A stretch of DNA of 64,000 nt, taken from contig NC_087452.1 in the NCBI RefSeq assembly GCF_036321535.1, positions 5,952,001 through 6,016,000 on the forward strand, in the 5' to 3' direction. Under the pieces are notes generated by a model. The model was not told the origin of the DNA. It did no database searches and saw nothing but the letters and a program-made list of their open reading frames with translations. Position 1 is the stretch's first letter, and the number at the start of each line of letters is the position of its first letter. Source of the stretch: Camelus dromedarius. Its lineage: Eukaryota. The position numbers were made by a program, and so were the translations under genes. Of the stretch, positions 38,701-49,700 are shown in pieces.

Positions 38701-41700
38701 CAGTCACAGTGCCCGCTGCCCCCTCGAGTCCCTTCCCCTTCACACTGCCCGTGGCCACCGCAGGGCCGCTCTGCGCCCCCAGGACAGGCTGTGGGCAGAC
38801 ACCAAAGCAGGTGGGACTGTAAATACAACCTTGTATGTAGAGAATATTTTCCCCATATCTGTCAACATTTCTGGAGAGGAAATGATTTTAATGATGACAT
38901 AATATTTTGTCATAAAACTGTATGCAATTTACTTAACCAATGCCCCATTGTGGAACAGTTATGTTATTTATAAACCTTTTCTTTTATAAAGACTGAATTG
39001 ACCATCTTTGTTGTTAGTTCTTTTTTTTTTTTTTTTTTTGCTAACTCTTTATATCAGCTGCTTCCAGAGAGATTTTTCTAAAAAGGGCTGGTAGTAAGTT
39101 CAGCCCCTGCCTCAGAACTGTATGCAGAAAACGGTGGTGACAACAGGGGCTTCTGCCCCATCCCTAGGAAGGTCATCTTAGTCCAGGGCATGGGGCCTGG
39201 GCTGGTCCAGGCATGGGAAATGGCGGGGAGGATGGGGGCACTTCTCAAATGCATCATAGAAACTACAGCTGTATCTGACTCGGTCTAGCCCTGTGTCTTT
39301 TTCCAGGGCTGTTCTCCGTTGATTTGTTCACCTCACCAGCCCTGTGAGACAGGGCCCTGTTCGTGGAGGTCCAGAGAAGTTATCTGAGCAGACTAAGCTC
39401 ACACAGCCAACTAGGGACAGAGCCAGGCCTGGATCCCTAGCCCCAGGATTCCCCTTCCATCTCCCAAGAAGAACATGAAAAACTCACGAAGGCAAGAGGG
39501 CCCAAAGGTGCCTGGCGGGCAGCAGAGCTTCAGGGAATCGGAGCAGAGCCACTGGAAGAGGTCTGGGGCTTCCTGCTGCCTGAGGCGGGGGACAGTGCGG
39601 GGACCGAGACAGTGTCAGAGGTGCTGTCCCCCCACCTCCCTCAGATTCTGTGAAACAGCCCATCTTGGGCATAAACCCACAGGCTGCCTGACCAACACCC
39701 CTTCCCCGTTTGGGAGAGGCGTAAACTGAAGCTCAGAGTGAGCCTGGTCCCCCAGCGAGTCCTGAGTGCACCTGGCTTTGGAGGAAGGAGGCGAATGGGG
39801 ACACAGCCCCTAGCTTACCACCCCCTGTTTTACCTTTCGCCCCCGGAAGGCCCCGACCACTCACTTGTGAAACCACCAGCTTTCCACCAGCTCCTCACTC
39901 AGCTCCAGCAGGCGGTGGCACTCAAAGTCCGACTTGCTGCACACGCCCTCCAGCACCTCTACCAGGCGGGTCTCGCTAACCAGACAGGGATGAGCGTTAG
40001 GGCCACACTCCAGCCCACCTACCACCCTCCTCACCATCTCCCCTCCCGCCCCTCCTTGTGCCAGACCATGTCAAAGGAAAGGCCACAGGCCATAATGGCA
40101 TGGGTACTGGTTTGGGGAGTCAGACAGCCCTGGGTTCTAATCCAGTGGTCTGACCTTGGGCAAGTCATTTACCCTCTCCCAAACCTCTGTTTTCTCATCT
40201 GTAAAATGGGGACAATATTCCCTGCAGGTTTGTTGTAAGATAGCTCAGTCCCTGCATCTGTGCAATGGAATATAACACCCTTGCTGGGTAGATGTGGTTA
40301 AAAACATATCGTATTACAAGTGCTGGCAAGGACGTGGAGAAACTAGAATGGTCCAACATTGCAGGTGGGAATGAAAAATGGTGCAGCCACTATGGAAAAC
40401 AGTTTGGCAGTTCCTTCATAAGTTAAACATGGAATCACCATCTGACTCAGTAANNNNNNNNNNNNNNNNNNNNNNNNNNNNNNNNNNNNNNNNNNNNNNN
40501 NNNNNNNNNNNNNNNNNNNNNNNNNNNNNNNNNNNNNNNNNNNNNNNNNNNNNNNNNNNNNNNNNNNNNNNNNNNNNNNNNNNNNNNNNNNNNNNNNNNN
40601 NNNNNNNNNNNNNNNNNNNNNNNNNNNNNNNNNNNNNNNNNNNNNNNNNNNNNNNNNNNNNNNNNNNNNNNGATGAACGTTGAAACCATTATGCTAAGTA
40701 AAAGAAGCCAGACATAAAAGACCAAATTGTATGATTCCAACAGAATCAGCAAATAGCACAGAGACAGAAAGCAGACTGGTGGATGCTAGAGGCTGGGGGA
40801 GGGGGAAAGGGAAGTGACTATTTAATGGGAATAGAGTTTTTAGGGGCGATGAAAGCAGTCTAGAACTAGAAAATGGTAACAGTTGCACAACACTGTGAAT
40901 GTACTAAATGTCTCTAATGGTAAATTTTGTACTATTGCATTCTACCACAATGAAATAACTTTTAAATATACATGTACACTAAATGTATTATACATATATA
41001 ACAGGTCTGGCACAGTGCCTGGCATATAGGAGGAGGTGATTTAAAACAAAACAAAACAAAACAAAACGAGCCATTATAGAGCTAGAAGTGCTCTCAAGGT
41101 TATCTTGGTCAATCTCCTCATTCCCAAATGAAGAAACAGGCCCACTGAAGGAAAGGAAAATGTTACATAATAACAAAACTTTTATTTCTATTGGGCATCA
41201 CAGTTTAATCCTTACCACAATCCTATGAAGTAGGCAAAGTTGGTATTTAATATCCCCATTTTACAGATGAGGAAACTGAGGATCAGAGAGAAGTGACCTT
41301 CCCTAGGGTATAAAGAGTCAGAACTGACAACCAGGTCTAACTCCAAGCCTTGCTGATTCCTTCTCCTCAATCTGACACTGAAAATGTGGAGGGCCTGGGG
41401 CTCAAGGCTCTCCTCTCAATATAATCTCATCTTGTCCCAAGACTTGACTATATGCTGATTCTATGCTGATGACCGCCAAATTCACGTCTCCAGTCCTACT
41501 TCTCTCCCGAACTCCTGACTCCTAAATCTAACTCTCCTTGACTCTTTACGGACATCTCAGCCCAACAAGTTTAACGAGAACGCCTGATTCCATGACCTCC
41601 CTACATCTTTTCCTTCCTTAGTTTCACCCATCTCAGAAAACAGTCCCACTATTCACCCAGTTACTCAGGCCCAAAACCTACTGAGGAACTTTTATTCTAC

Positions 41701-42950
41701 TTTTTCCTCTCACATCCCATAATGATTCCATCATCAAGTCCTATCAGTCTATCTGCAAAATACACCCAGAATCTGACCCCTTCTCATCATGTCCACTGCT
41801 GCCCTCATGCCTAGACTATGCACCCGCCTCCAGACTGGTCTTTCTGCTCCTCCACCCTGGCACCCTAGAGTCTGTTCGCTACACAGCAGTGTCAGTGACC
41901 TTTTAAAGATATAAATAAAACCACATCACTTTCCCACTCCAAACGTCCTACCCACCACTCTCCCCTCTGCTCACTCCAAATCCAGCCACTTCTCAAATAC
42001 ACCAAGCTCAGTCCCCCCCCTTTCCAAATCCCTCCCCTGATTTTCACACAGTTCGCTCTTCACCTCAGGTCTCTGTTCTTTTGTTTTGTTTTGTTTTGTT
42101 TTTAATGGAGGTGCTGGGGACTGAACCCAGGACCTTGTGCATGTTAAGCATGCGCTCTACCACTGAGCTATTTCCCTCCCCACTCAGGTCTCTGTTTTAA
42201 TGTCATATGTCAAACGCCACACCTCTCACCATTCTGTAGTCCACCCTGCTTTACTGTTCTTCACCTGATATGATTTTATTTACTTCTTCACTGTCTGTCT
42301 CCTCTACTGGAATGCAAGCTCCATGAAGATGGATTTTGCTTGTTTACTGCTGTCCTACAGATGTTCAATGATATTGTTGAGTAAGTGCTCCCAAAGAGTC
42401 TCCACCAGCATAGCAGAGACTGGGATGTGAAGTAGACAAACCCATCCGTCCAGCTTCTTCCCTACCTGTCTTTGTATTTAGACAACTTCTCTTCCTCCCA
42501 GGCAGTGTTTCCACCTCCAAAGTTGTCCCTGATGGTTCTCTCCAGGCCCTGGAAATGGAAAAAATTAGTAATAGCCAAGTATAGTTCCTGGCACACTCTA
42601 GCTCTTTCACTGATCAGGAAACTGAGGCACAGAAGGCAACCTACCCAAGGCTATACAACCAGTAAGTAACCAAGTTGGGACATGAGTGCATGCAGGCTTC
42701 TATCCCAGAGCTCCCAGCTCTCAACCCCTGTGCTCGAGTAGTTGAGACGCCCCCATTACACTCCTGGTGCACCCACCTTGTTGAAGCTGTCGACCAGTCC
42801 CCGGCAGGTATGACATGGATGGGGCTCAGTGGGGGGAGAAGCCTGGGGAGGCAGAGAGGGCTGGACCCACACAGGGGCTGGGAGGCCAAGGAAGAGGCTC
42901 AGGCCCCAGAGCAGAGCTGGGGCTAGGCCCCTTTGGGACCATGGGGCCAT
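35760..42950 (-). CDS. CRELD1: Cysteine-rich with EGF-like domains 1, complete, 420 aa
   Basis: Exons (-): 42950-42777, 42548-42466, 39975-39865, 39579-39488, 38788-38612, 38527-38432, 37490-37407, 37218-37123, 36909-36775, 35974-35760. Total 1263 nt, all GT-AG. Signal peptide MAPWSQRGLAPALLWG, CHTC and CLGC CXXC motifs, WE domain, EGF/cbEGF repeats, two C-terminal TM segments ending VLEGFIKGR. Confidence 0.98.
36190..36420 (+). mobile_element. MIR in the last CRELD1 intron (antisense to the gene)
   Basis: CCCAGCTCTGCCACCTGC...GCCCTGGGCAAGTTG...TGGGGATGAGAATAATAG...GTTAATAC...GCTTAGAACAG follows the MIR consensus. Confidence 0.75.
37660..38065 (+). mobile_element. MaLR solo LTR (MLT1 family) in a CRELD1 intron
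   Basis: TGTGGCCTTGTGATTGCGTTCTGGCCAGCAGGATGTAAACAGAAGTGATG...AATAAACCTCTATATTCTTTAAGCCAC...TTTGTTACAGCAGC. Confidence 0.7.
40285..40965 (+). mobile_element. L1MB-like 3' end containing an N gap
   Basis: CAAGTGCTGGCAAGGACGTGGAGAAACT...AAATGGTGCAGCCACTATGGAAAACAGTTTGGCAG...GTTGCACAACACTGTGAATGTACTAAATG. Confidence 0.8.
40454..40671. other. Assembly gap (218 N) inside L1
   Basis: Run of N. Confidence 0.99.
41410..42375 (+). mobile_element. L2 fragment interrupted by a SINE
   Basis: Long pyrimidine-rich L2-like sequence ending TGGAATGCAAGCTCCATGAAG...GATGTTCAATGATATTGTTGAG. Confidence 0.7.
42078..42182 (-). mobile_element. Camelid tRNA-derived SINE with (TTTTG)n tail
   Basis: GGAGGTGCTGGGGACTGAACCCAGGACCTTGTGCATGTTAAGCATGCGCTCTACCACTGAGCTA; 14-bp TSD CTCAGGTCTCTGTT at 42064-42077 and 42183-42196. 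Confidence 0.9.
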
Positions 42951-43399
42951 CTTTTCCCAGGCTGGGCACCTGTAGATAGAGGACGTGGGAAAGGTTTGCT
43001 GGAGGAGCCAAGTGAAAAAGAAAAGCATTGATTCTGAGGTGTCGCGAGTCTGGGAGCCCAGATCTGTGTTACTGTAAGAAAAGAAGGTGGAACTAGGGTA
43101 AGGTCAAGGGAGGGGAGACGGGGGTGGGGGGTGGGGGAAGGAGTCTATTCTACAATTCCAGGACGGTAATAAGTTATCCTCGTCACCGTGGGGGAGGTGG
43201 TCTGGATCCTCAGCAAGGGCGTAGGAGTCAGCCCATTGTTCTAGGGTCGGAATATGGTTCCTACGGGCCGGATCGGCGGAATTAGGAAGAATGGGTCAGA
43301 TTCCTAAGTATTTAGGGAGAAGACGCCAGACGGAGGGTCTTGTGGGGAGGAACCCAGATCCGGATATGAAGAGAAGGGGTCAGGTTCGGGGCCTGCAGG

Positions 43400-43760
43400 C
43401 GGCAAAGGCACGGCCCACGAGCCCGCAAGGGAGACTCCAGATCCGCGTAGGCTCGAGAGAGGAAGAGATGACCCACCCAGCCCGGGGGCGCCGACAGCTC
43501 AGTCTCCCCAACGCCACCGCGGCCGCGGGCTGCGTAAGACGTGCGCCCTCCGCCTGCTCCGCAGCCCGGGAGGCGGAGCCCGAGCCACAGCCAATGGCAG
43601 TAGGCCATGTGCCATTGCGTCACCCCACGCCAGCCAACCAGAGGCGTAGCCGGACTGCACCTGTCTGGGTGTTAAAGGGCCGCTGTGATACAGGGTGCGG
43701 GCGGCGGGCCCGGCTGTCCGCCGGGTTACAGAGACACTTGGGAGACACAGATAGAAAAAT
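43400..43760 (-). promoter_or_regulatory. CRELD1 CpG-island promoter and probable non-coding exon 1
   Basis: CpG-rich; candidate donor CTGG|GTGGGT after 43477; CCAAT at 43591-43595; TGACGCA (-) at 43616-43622. The island is continuous with the IL17RC last exon. Confidence 0.65.
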
Positions 43761-43770
43761 AGTGTCTGCT

Positions 43771-43776
43771 TTTATT
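43771..43776 (-). terminator. IL17RC polyadenylation signal overlapping the stop codon
   Basis: Minus strand reads ACT TGA ATAAA, followed by a U/GU-rich tract (TATTTTTCTATCTGTGTCTC). Confidence 0.7.
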
Positions 43777-46700
43777 CAAGTCCTCTCCTCTGCCTCAGGC
43801 CTCATCCCGCGACCCATCCCCGGGGTCCCTGGGGGCCGGAAGCAGCTGTCCAGGGCGGGCTGGAGGACCCGGGACATTTGCTCCGCCCTCTCCGCGAGCC
43901 GCCCGTGGCGGGGGGCGCCGGGCCCCTGCAGGGTCCCCAGGAAGTCTGGCAACTGTGAGGGCAGTGAGAAGACCGGCACGGTGCGGAACAGGGCGGGCAC
44001 GGCGTCCGGGGACAGCAGTCTGTCGAAGTAGGCTCCGACATAGCGGCCGGGCGCCCGGCCCTGCAAAAAGTCGGGCAGCACGCAGCTGAGCGAGGCGGCG
44101 AAGGCGTCGTGCGGGCCGTGCGCTACGGGCGCCGACGCCGCGTCCTGCAGCCACTCGTGGCACAGCGCCACGGCCCCGGGCGAGAAGAGCAGGACCACCA
44201 CGCCGCCCTCCTGCAAGGTCTGGCGCCGCTGGGCGTGGAACCAGGCCAGGGGCCCCTGCGCGCTCAGTTCACGGCGGCTCCACAGGTCCACGGCCACGCG
44301 CAGCGGCAGCTGGCACAGCGCCGACGCCAGGGCGCCCACCAGGCGCTCGAAGCCAGCATCATCGGCGGAGTAGAGGAGCAGAGCCGCGCGGCTCCTGGCG
44401 GCCGCTGCGGGAGAGAACAGAGCGGGGCGCGAGATGTGAGTTGGCCGGAGGCCCAGCCCACTGGGGGCGGCCCCCCGCCCGGCGCTGGCTCACAACTCAC
44501 CCCCCACGCGGACGTCCTCCTTCAAGAGCCTCAGCCACCCTGTTAGGGGAGAGGAGCGGAGGCAGCCCGTGAGCCCAGCCGCCGCCTTCTCCTGGCCAGC
44601 TTCCAGCCCTGCCCCTGGGTAATGGGGAGCTGGCAAGCGCTCACCTTTCACATGGTTCTTTTTGAGAAGGAGGAGAAGGAAAAGCACAGCGGCAAGGAGT
44701 AAGCAGGCCAGCCACACCAGGGCCCAGCGCTGGTGGACGTCTAGGAGACCCAGGGGAGAAGACAGATTTGTTAGAGACCCCACTTCACCAAGGAGAAAAA
44801 CTGAGGCTCAGAGAAATGAGGTGATTTGCCCAAAGTCCACAGCTCATAGTGTCAGAGCCAGTGTATGAATATAGATCCACCTACTTGGGTGACCTTGGAT
44901 AAGTGACTTCACATTCTGCCTCAGTTTTCACCTCTGTAAAATTGGGACAACAGCATCTACTTCATAGGATTGTTGTGAGGACTACATGTATTAATACACA
45001 TAAAGCACTGAACACAATGCTGGGCATAGTAAGTGCTCAAATGTCAGCTAATATTATTGTCCCCTAAACCTAAGGTTGCTGGACCCTTGACCTCACTCTC
45101 TTGGATGACTTCAACAGCCTTCTAACTGGTGTCTCTGGTGCCTTTTTGGCCTCTAGTTCATTACCACACGGCAGCCCCAGAGATCTTTTAAAAATACAAA
45201 CCTGATTACAGCCTTTCAAGAAGCCCCTACTACTTCTCACATAAAATCCAAATTGCTTCCATTGGCTCCCAAAGCCCTACATGGCCCTTGCATCCTCACC
45301 TCGTGACAGGCCTGCCTCCCAAGACCCTCCAGCCACACCGACCACCTTGGAGTTCCTTAAAAAATACCCCACAGTCTTCCCCAAAAGGCATCTCTAGCCC
45401 CTTCAGCTAGCTTAGCTCCAGCCTTTCTCCCTGAACTGCTCACCCCACTTAGGTCGGGTCCCCGTCATGTGCATTCAGGGCTTTGAACACTTTTGCTTTG
45501 TAGTGAATGCTTCAATAGCTCACACTTCTTAAACAACTGTTTAGTTAATGTCTTTCTAGATTCTATAGCTGGCATGGGGGCAGGGATTGTCTCTCTTTGG
45601 TAATGCTGAGATCCCTGCAAGTGCTCCTTGTGATTTTTGAACGAAGGAAGGAATGGCCCTCTTGATTCATATGAGCCAGGGAAGGGCAAGGCCACTGTGT
45701 GTACTGCCCCTAGGAATGGTTCCTGTCAAGACTCCAGCTCCTGGGACAGAGAGGAGGGGAATTCTTGTGATACTCACACTTGTCCATGGGGCAGGCCCAT
45801 AATGCTCCCAGGTCATCATCCCACAGCTGTAAGACACAAAACCAAATCAGAGCCCCCAGCTTGGTCTTCAACACCCACCAAGTTCTGGTCCCAAATTTCC
45901 AGCCTCAACTATGCATATTTTCCCCGACACACAGGAGGTTGCCATAAGCTGCTCTGCCTTTGCTAATGCTGGGCCTACTACCTGGACTTGCCTCCATGGC
46001 AGATGTGGCCCACATGAAGACACCCTTTCTTGAAGCTCTCCCTGGAACCCAGAGCTTAGCACACTGGTCACTGACTATCTTAACCCAATGGTTATCTGTT
46101 TGCTGATTTCTAGCCAGCAGTGAGGACCTTGGGGACAGGAACTATGCTTCTTCAACTCTTAGCTTCCCCAGGGCTAGACACAAAATAAGTCCACAGAGCT
46201 GGCGGGTGAGTGCTAGAGGGGTGGTGAGGAGGCCCCTGCCAGGAAGAGTGCATTTCCTTGGTGCCCTCGGCCAGGCACAGGAAAAGGTAGAAGAGGTTAA
46301 AGACAGGGTTTTAGGCCTATTGCCCTTGGGCATTAGGGAGGGCCCTCCTGCCACATACTCACCTGCAGACACTGGCCTGATCGCAGGTCTTGTAGTAACT
46401 GCTCTCCAAGGCGAGCTGCCCTCTGCCAAGTCAAGGGGTGGGGGCTGTCACCTAGAGGCACCACAACTAGGAGACCACCAGGCTACAGCTGGGCAGAATA
46501 GTGGAGTTGGGGGGAGGTAGTGGAGGGGCTGGGAGACTTTTGAGAGGCCACTGAGAACAAGGCCCTGGTCTGAGTCACCCCCACATTCCCAGAGACCAGC
46601 AGAGGGCCTGGCACAGCAGAAGGGAAATTGAGTAGAGTGCACATTTAAGAGCAAGCTTAAGATGGAGCCGGAGAGGTACACGGAGGAGGGTCCCCCAGCC

Positions 46701-49700
46701 CTCACCGTGGACACCCCGCTGAGCAGTGGGGTGCAGCCACTGGCTTCCAAGGCACAGAGTGATCTGTTGTCCTGGGGGCCTCGTGTCTCCACCAGCAGCA
46801 TGTCATCCTTGAGAGGCCCCAGAGAGTCTGGAAAGGGTAAGAGCCCACTATGAGTGAGACCCAACCTGGCTGGGGACTGCCACTCCCCTGCCGCATGCCT
46901 GACCTTCACCCCCAGGAACTTCCAGGGTTCACCCCTATTGCAGTGGCCCTGCCCCAGCACCCCCAGTCCCACTCACCAGCCCACAAGCACTCTTGCAACT
47001 GCAGTGTCTCCCAGCTATTCACCTGCTTAGAAGGGGCCAGGGTTAGGGGCATGTGGAAAAGCAAGGGCTGGGGCCAGAAAAACCAGAGGAGGGACAGATG
47101 AGGGGAGGCCTGCCAGGCTAGGGGTGGTCTGGACTTTGGACCTGACCTAAGGCAGACCTGGGTTCAAGGCTGAGTGATTAGGAATCACTCCATCTTTCTC
47201 AGGCTCAGCCTTGTGAGGTCCTCTGTGCTAAAGGGCCCTACAACCCTAAATTAGCACTTTTCATTTCTGACAGAGCACTTCATACCTTCCCTTCTCATCA
47301 ACCCACCTTCTCAAAGAGGCCTTATCTGACCACCCCTCTTGAAATTGCAACTCCAACCCTCCTTTATCCTTCCCCACCTTTTCCTCTAGTTTTAACATTC
47401 TGTATAATTTACTCATGTCTGTTGTCTGCGTTTCTCCATTAGAACATAAGCTCTACAAGGGTGGGAACATTTACTGGTTTTATTCACTGACACCTCTCCC
47501 AAGTGCCTAAAACAGTGCATGGCACATAGTAGCTGCTCAATAAATCTTGAATTAATATTTTTATAACAAACCTTTGGAGTTGTAAAGCAAACCCATTTCT
47601 GCAGGTAGGGAAATAGGATAATTATAGCAATAATCAAAGCAGCAAATATTTACTGAGCAATTAGTCTGTGCCAGTCGCTAAGGTGAGGCACTCATTTAAT
47701 TTTCATAACTATGACAAGGTTATTATTATCATCCCCACTAAACAGGTGAGAAGACTGGTGTTCAGAGAGGTGAAGTGCCCAGGGTCCCAGGGACTGCTAA
47801 AGTAAATAGTGGAACTCCTAAAGAGGAAGCCGGCTACCACTTTGCTCCAGGGACCCAAGGATGAAGTGGATCCAGAAGACAATGACTCATCTGGGGGTCC
47901 TTGGGGAGTCCTGCCCCCAGCCCAGCTCTCTGGCACCCCTTTCTTGCCTGGATACAGATGTTGGGGTGGCCTTTCAGCAACGGGAACTCAAGAGCCTTCT
48001 GTGAAAAGAGGGTCATGGGTGGGGCCATGAGAGGCGGTCCCCAGGAACCAACCCTTCCCCGACCCCGGGAACCTCCCGCCGCCTCACTTACGTTCACAGT
48101 GACATTCTCTCGAGGCAGCGGCGGGACCAGTGGCTGGCAGGGGCCCCCGTCCAGAGCCTGCCAGCACAGTGTGGCCTCGGCGGGCAGTGAGCACGGTGCG
48201 TCCAGCCGCCAGCCCTGTGGGGGCAGCAGGTGCAGCCGGGCAGCCCGCCAGAGGTTCCGGTGTGCACGGGGGTCTGCAGGGAGAGGGCAGGGTCACTGTG
48301 CACCCCCAGCCTGGCACGTGGCGGCCCACGCTGCTCCCACCCTGGCCAGGCCTGTTGGTCCGCTCACCCTCTTTAAAGGGGCAGATGCTGGTCCTGACGG
48401 AGTCGGGCTCCAGAGGCCACACCTGGAAAGGAAACAGGACTCCACAGCTCAATCCAACCCAGCCAACCCTCTGCTAGGCCCTGGGGACGCATTCATTCAG
48501 CCCATACAGTCTGCCCTCCTTGGCCCTCATTATCTGCGAAAGAGAGAGCATTCAGGGCATGCACCGGCAGAAGACATTGGCCGGTGAAGGTCAAGGGAGG
48601 GCCAGTCCCCTTAGGGAGCCATAGTTTCCACCTCAGAGAGGACTGTGGAGGTGGGGAGACCAGGAAGGAAAGGGGAACCCTCTCCCAATTCTCCGATCCT
48701 CTTCCCCGGGCACCCAGCTGGACTCTGCTCCTACCTGAATGCAGAGGCAGGGAACCAGGTCTGTGTGGTTCAGCGTAATGGTCTGCGGCCCAGTCTGTGG
48801 GACAAGCAGAGGGGAGAAGCTGGAGAAGATGTGGAAGAGGAAGGCTGGAGGCCAAAGTTGAGCCACCAGGCAGGCAGCCGTTTCTCCACAAATGTTCCTT
48901 GCTTTGGGTGTGGGTGGCTGTGTCCTTTTCAGTGATCCCCTTTGATAATGCACTTGCATCCATAGCACGGGCATCAGCCTAGAGTGGGAATGGACTTGGG
49001 GAGGGGGAGGCCTCACCAGGTTTCTGTGCCACCAGGGTTTTGCAGGGCCCTGGGCCTGGTTCCAGTACAGGGAGAGGCCAAAGCGCTGCTCCTCAGAGAC
49101 ATCCAGCACCAGGCGCACGTCTTCGCCATCTGCAGACACATTGAGCCAGGGCAGGGCTGTCGGGGAGGCAGAGAGACAGACCTCCTTCACTTCTTCTGCA
49201 CACCCAAGCCTGGGTCATACCCATCCACTGACCCGTTGGAGTTTCCTTCAAACCCCTTAGACTAGGAGGCCCCTGGTGGGCATAGCCTATGTCCCCATCT
49301 TGCACCAGACTTTGGCCACATCCCAAGGCCAAGCCCACGTAGGCCCCAGTACGTGGTCTTGAGACAGCTCTTCTCCTTGCTTCTCCCTCTGCACCAGAAA
49401 GATCCTGTAACCACTGTAAAATAAGTCATTCTCCTCTGCTCAGAACCTCCTGATGGCCCTCACATCACTCCCAGAGTAAAGCAAGGGTCCTTGCAATGGC
49501 TTTCAAGGCCCTCCCCAATCTGGCTGCTGTGACCACTCTAACCTCATTTCCTAGCACTCTTGTCCTTAATTAATCTGCTGCAGACACACTGGTCTCCTTA
49601 CTAACACAATAGACATACTCCTGTCTCAGGCCCTTTGCACTGGCTATTCCTTCTGCATGGAACCCTCCTCCTTCTGACACCCACATCTCCTCCCTCACCT

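Noticed and set aside
43291-44546. Plus-strand ORFs of 246 and 145 aa antisense to IL17RC and CRELD1 exon 1
   Set aside because: CpG-island shadow ORFs with no recognisable protein features.
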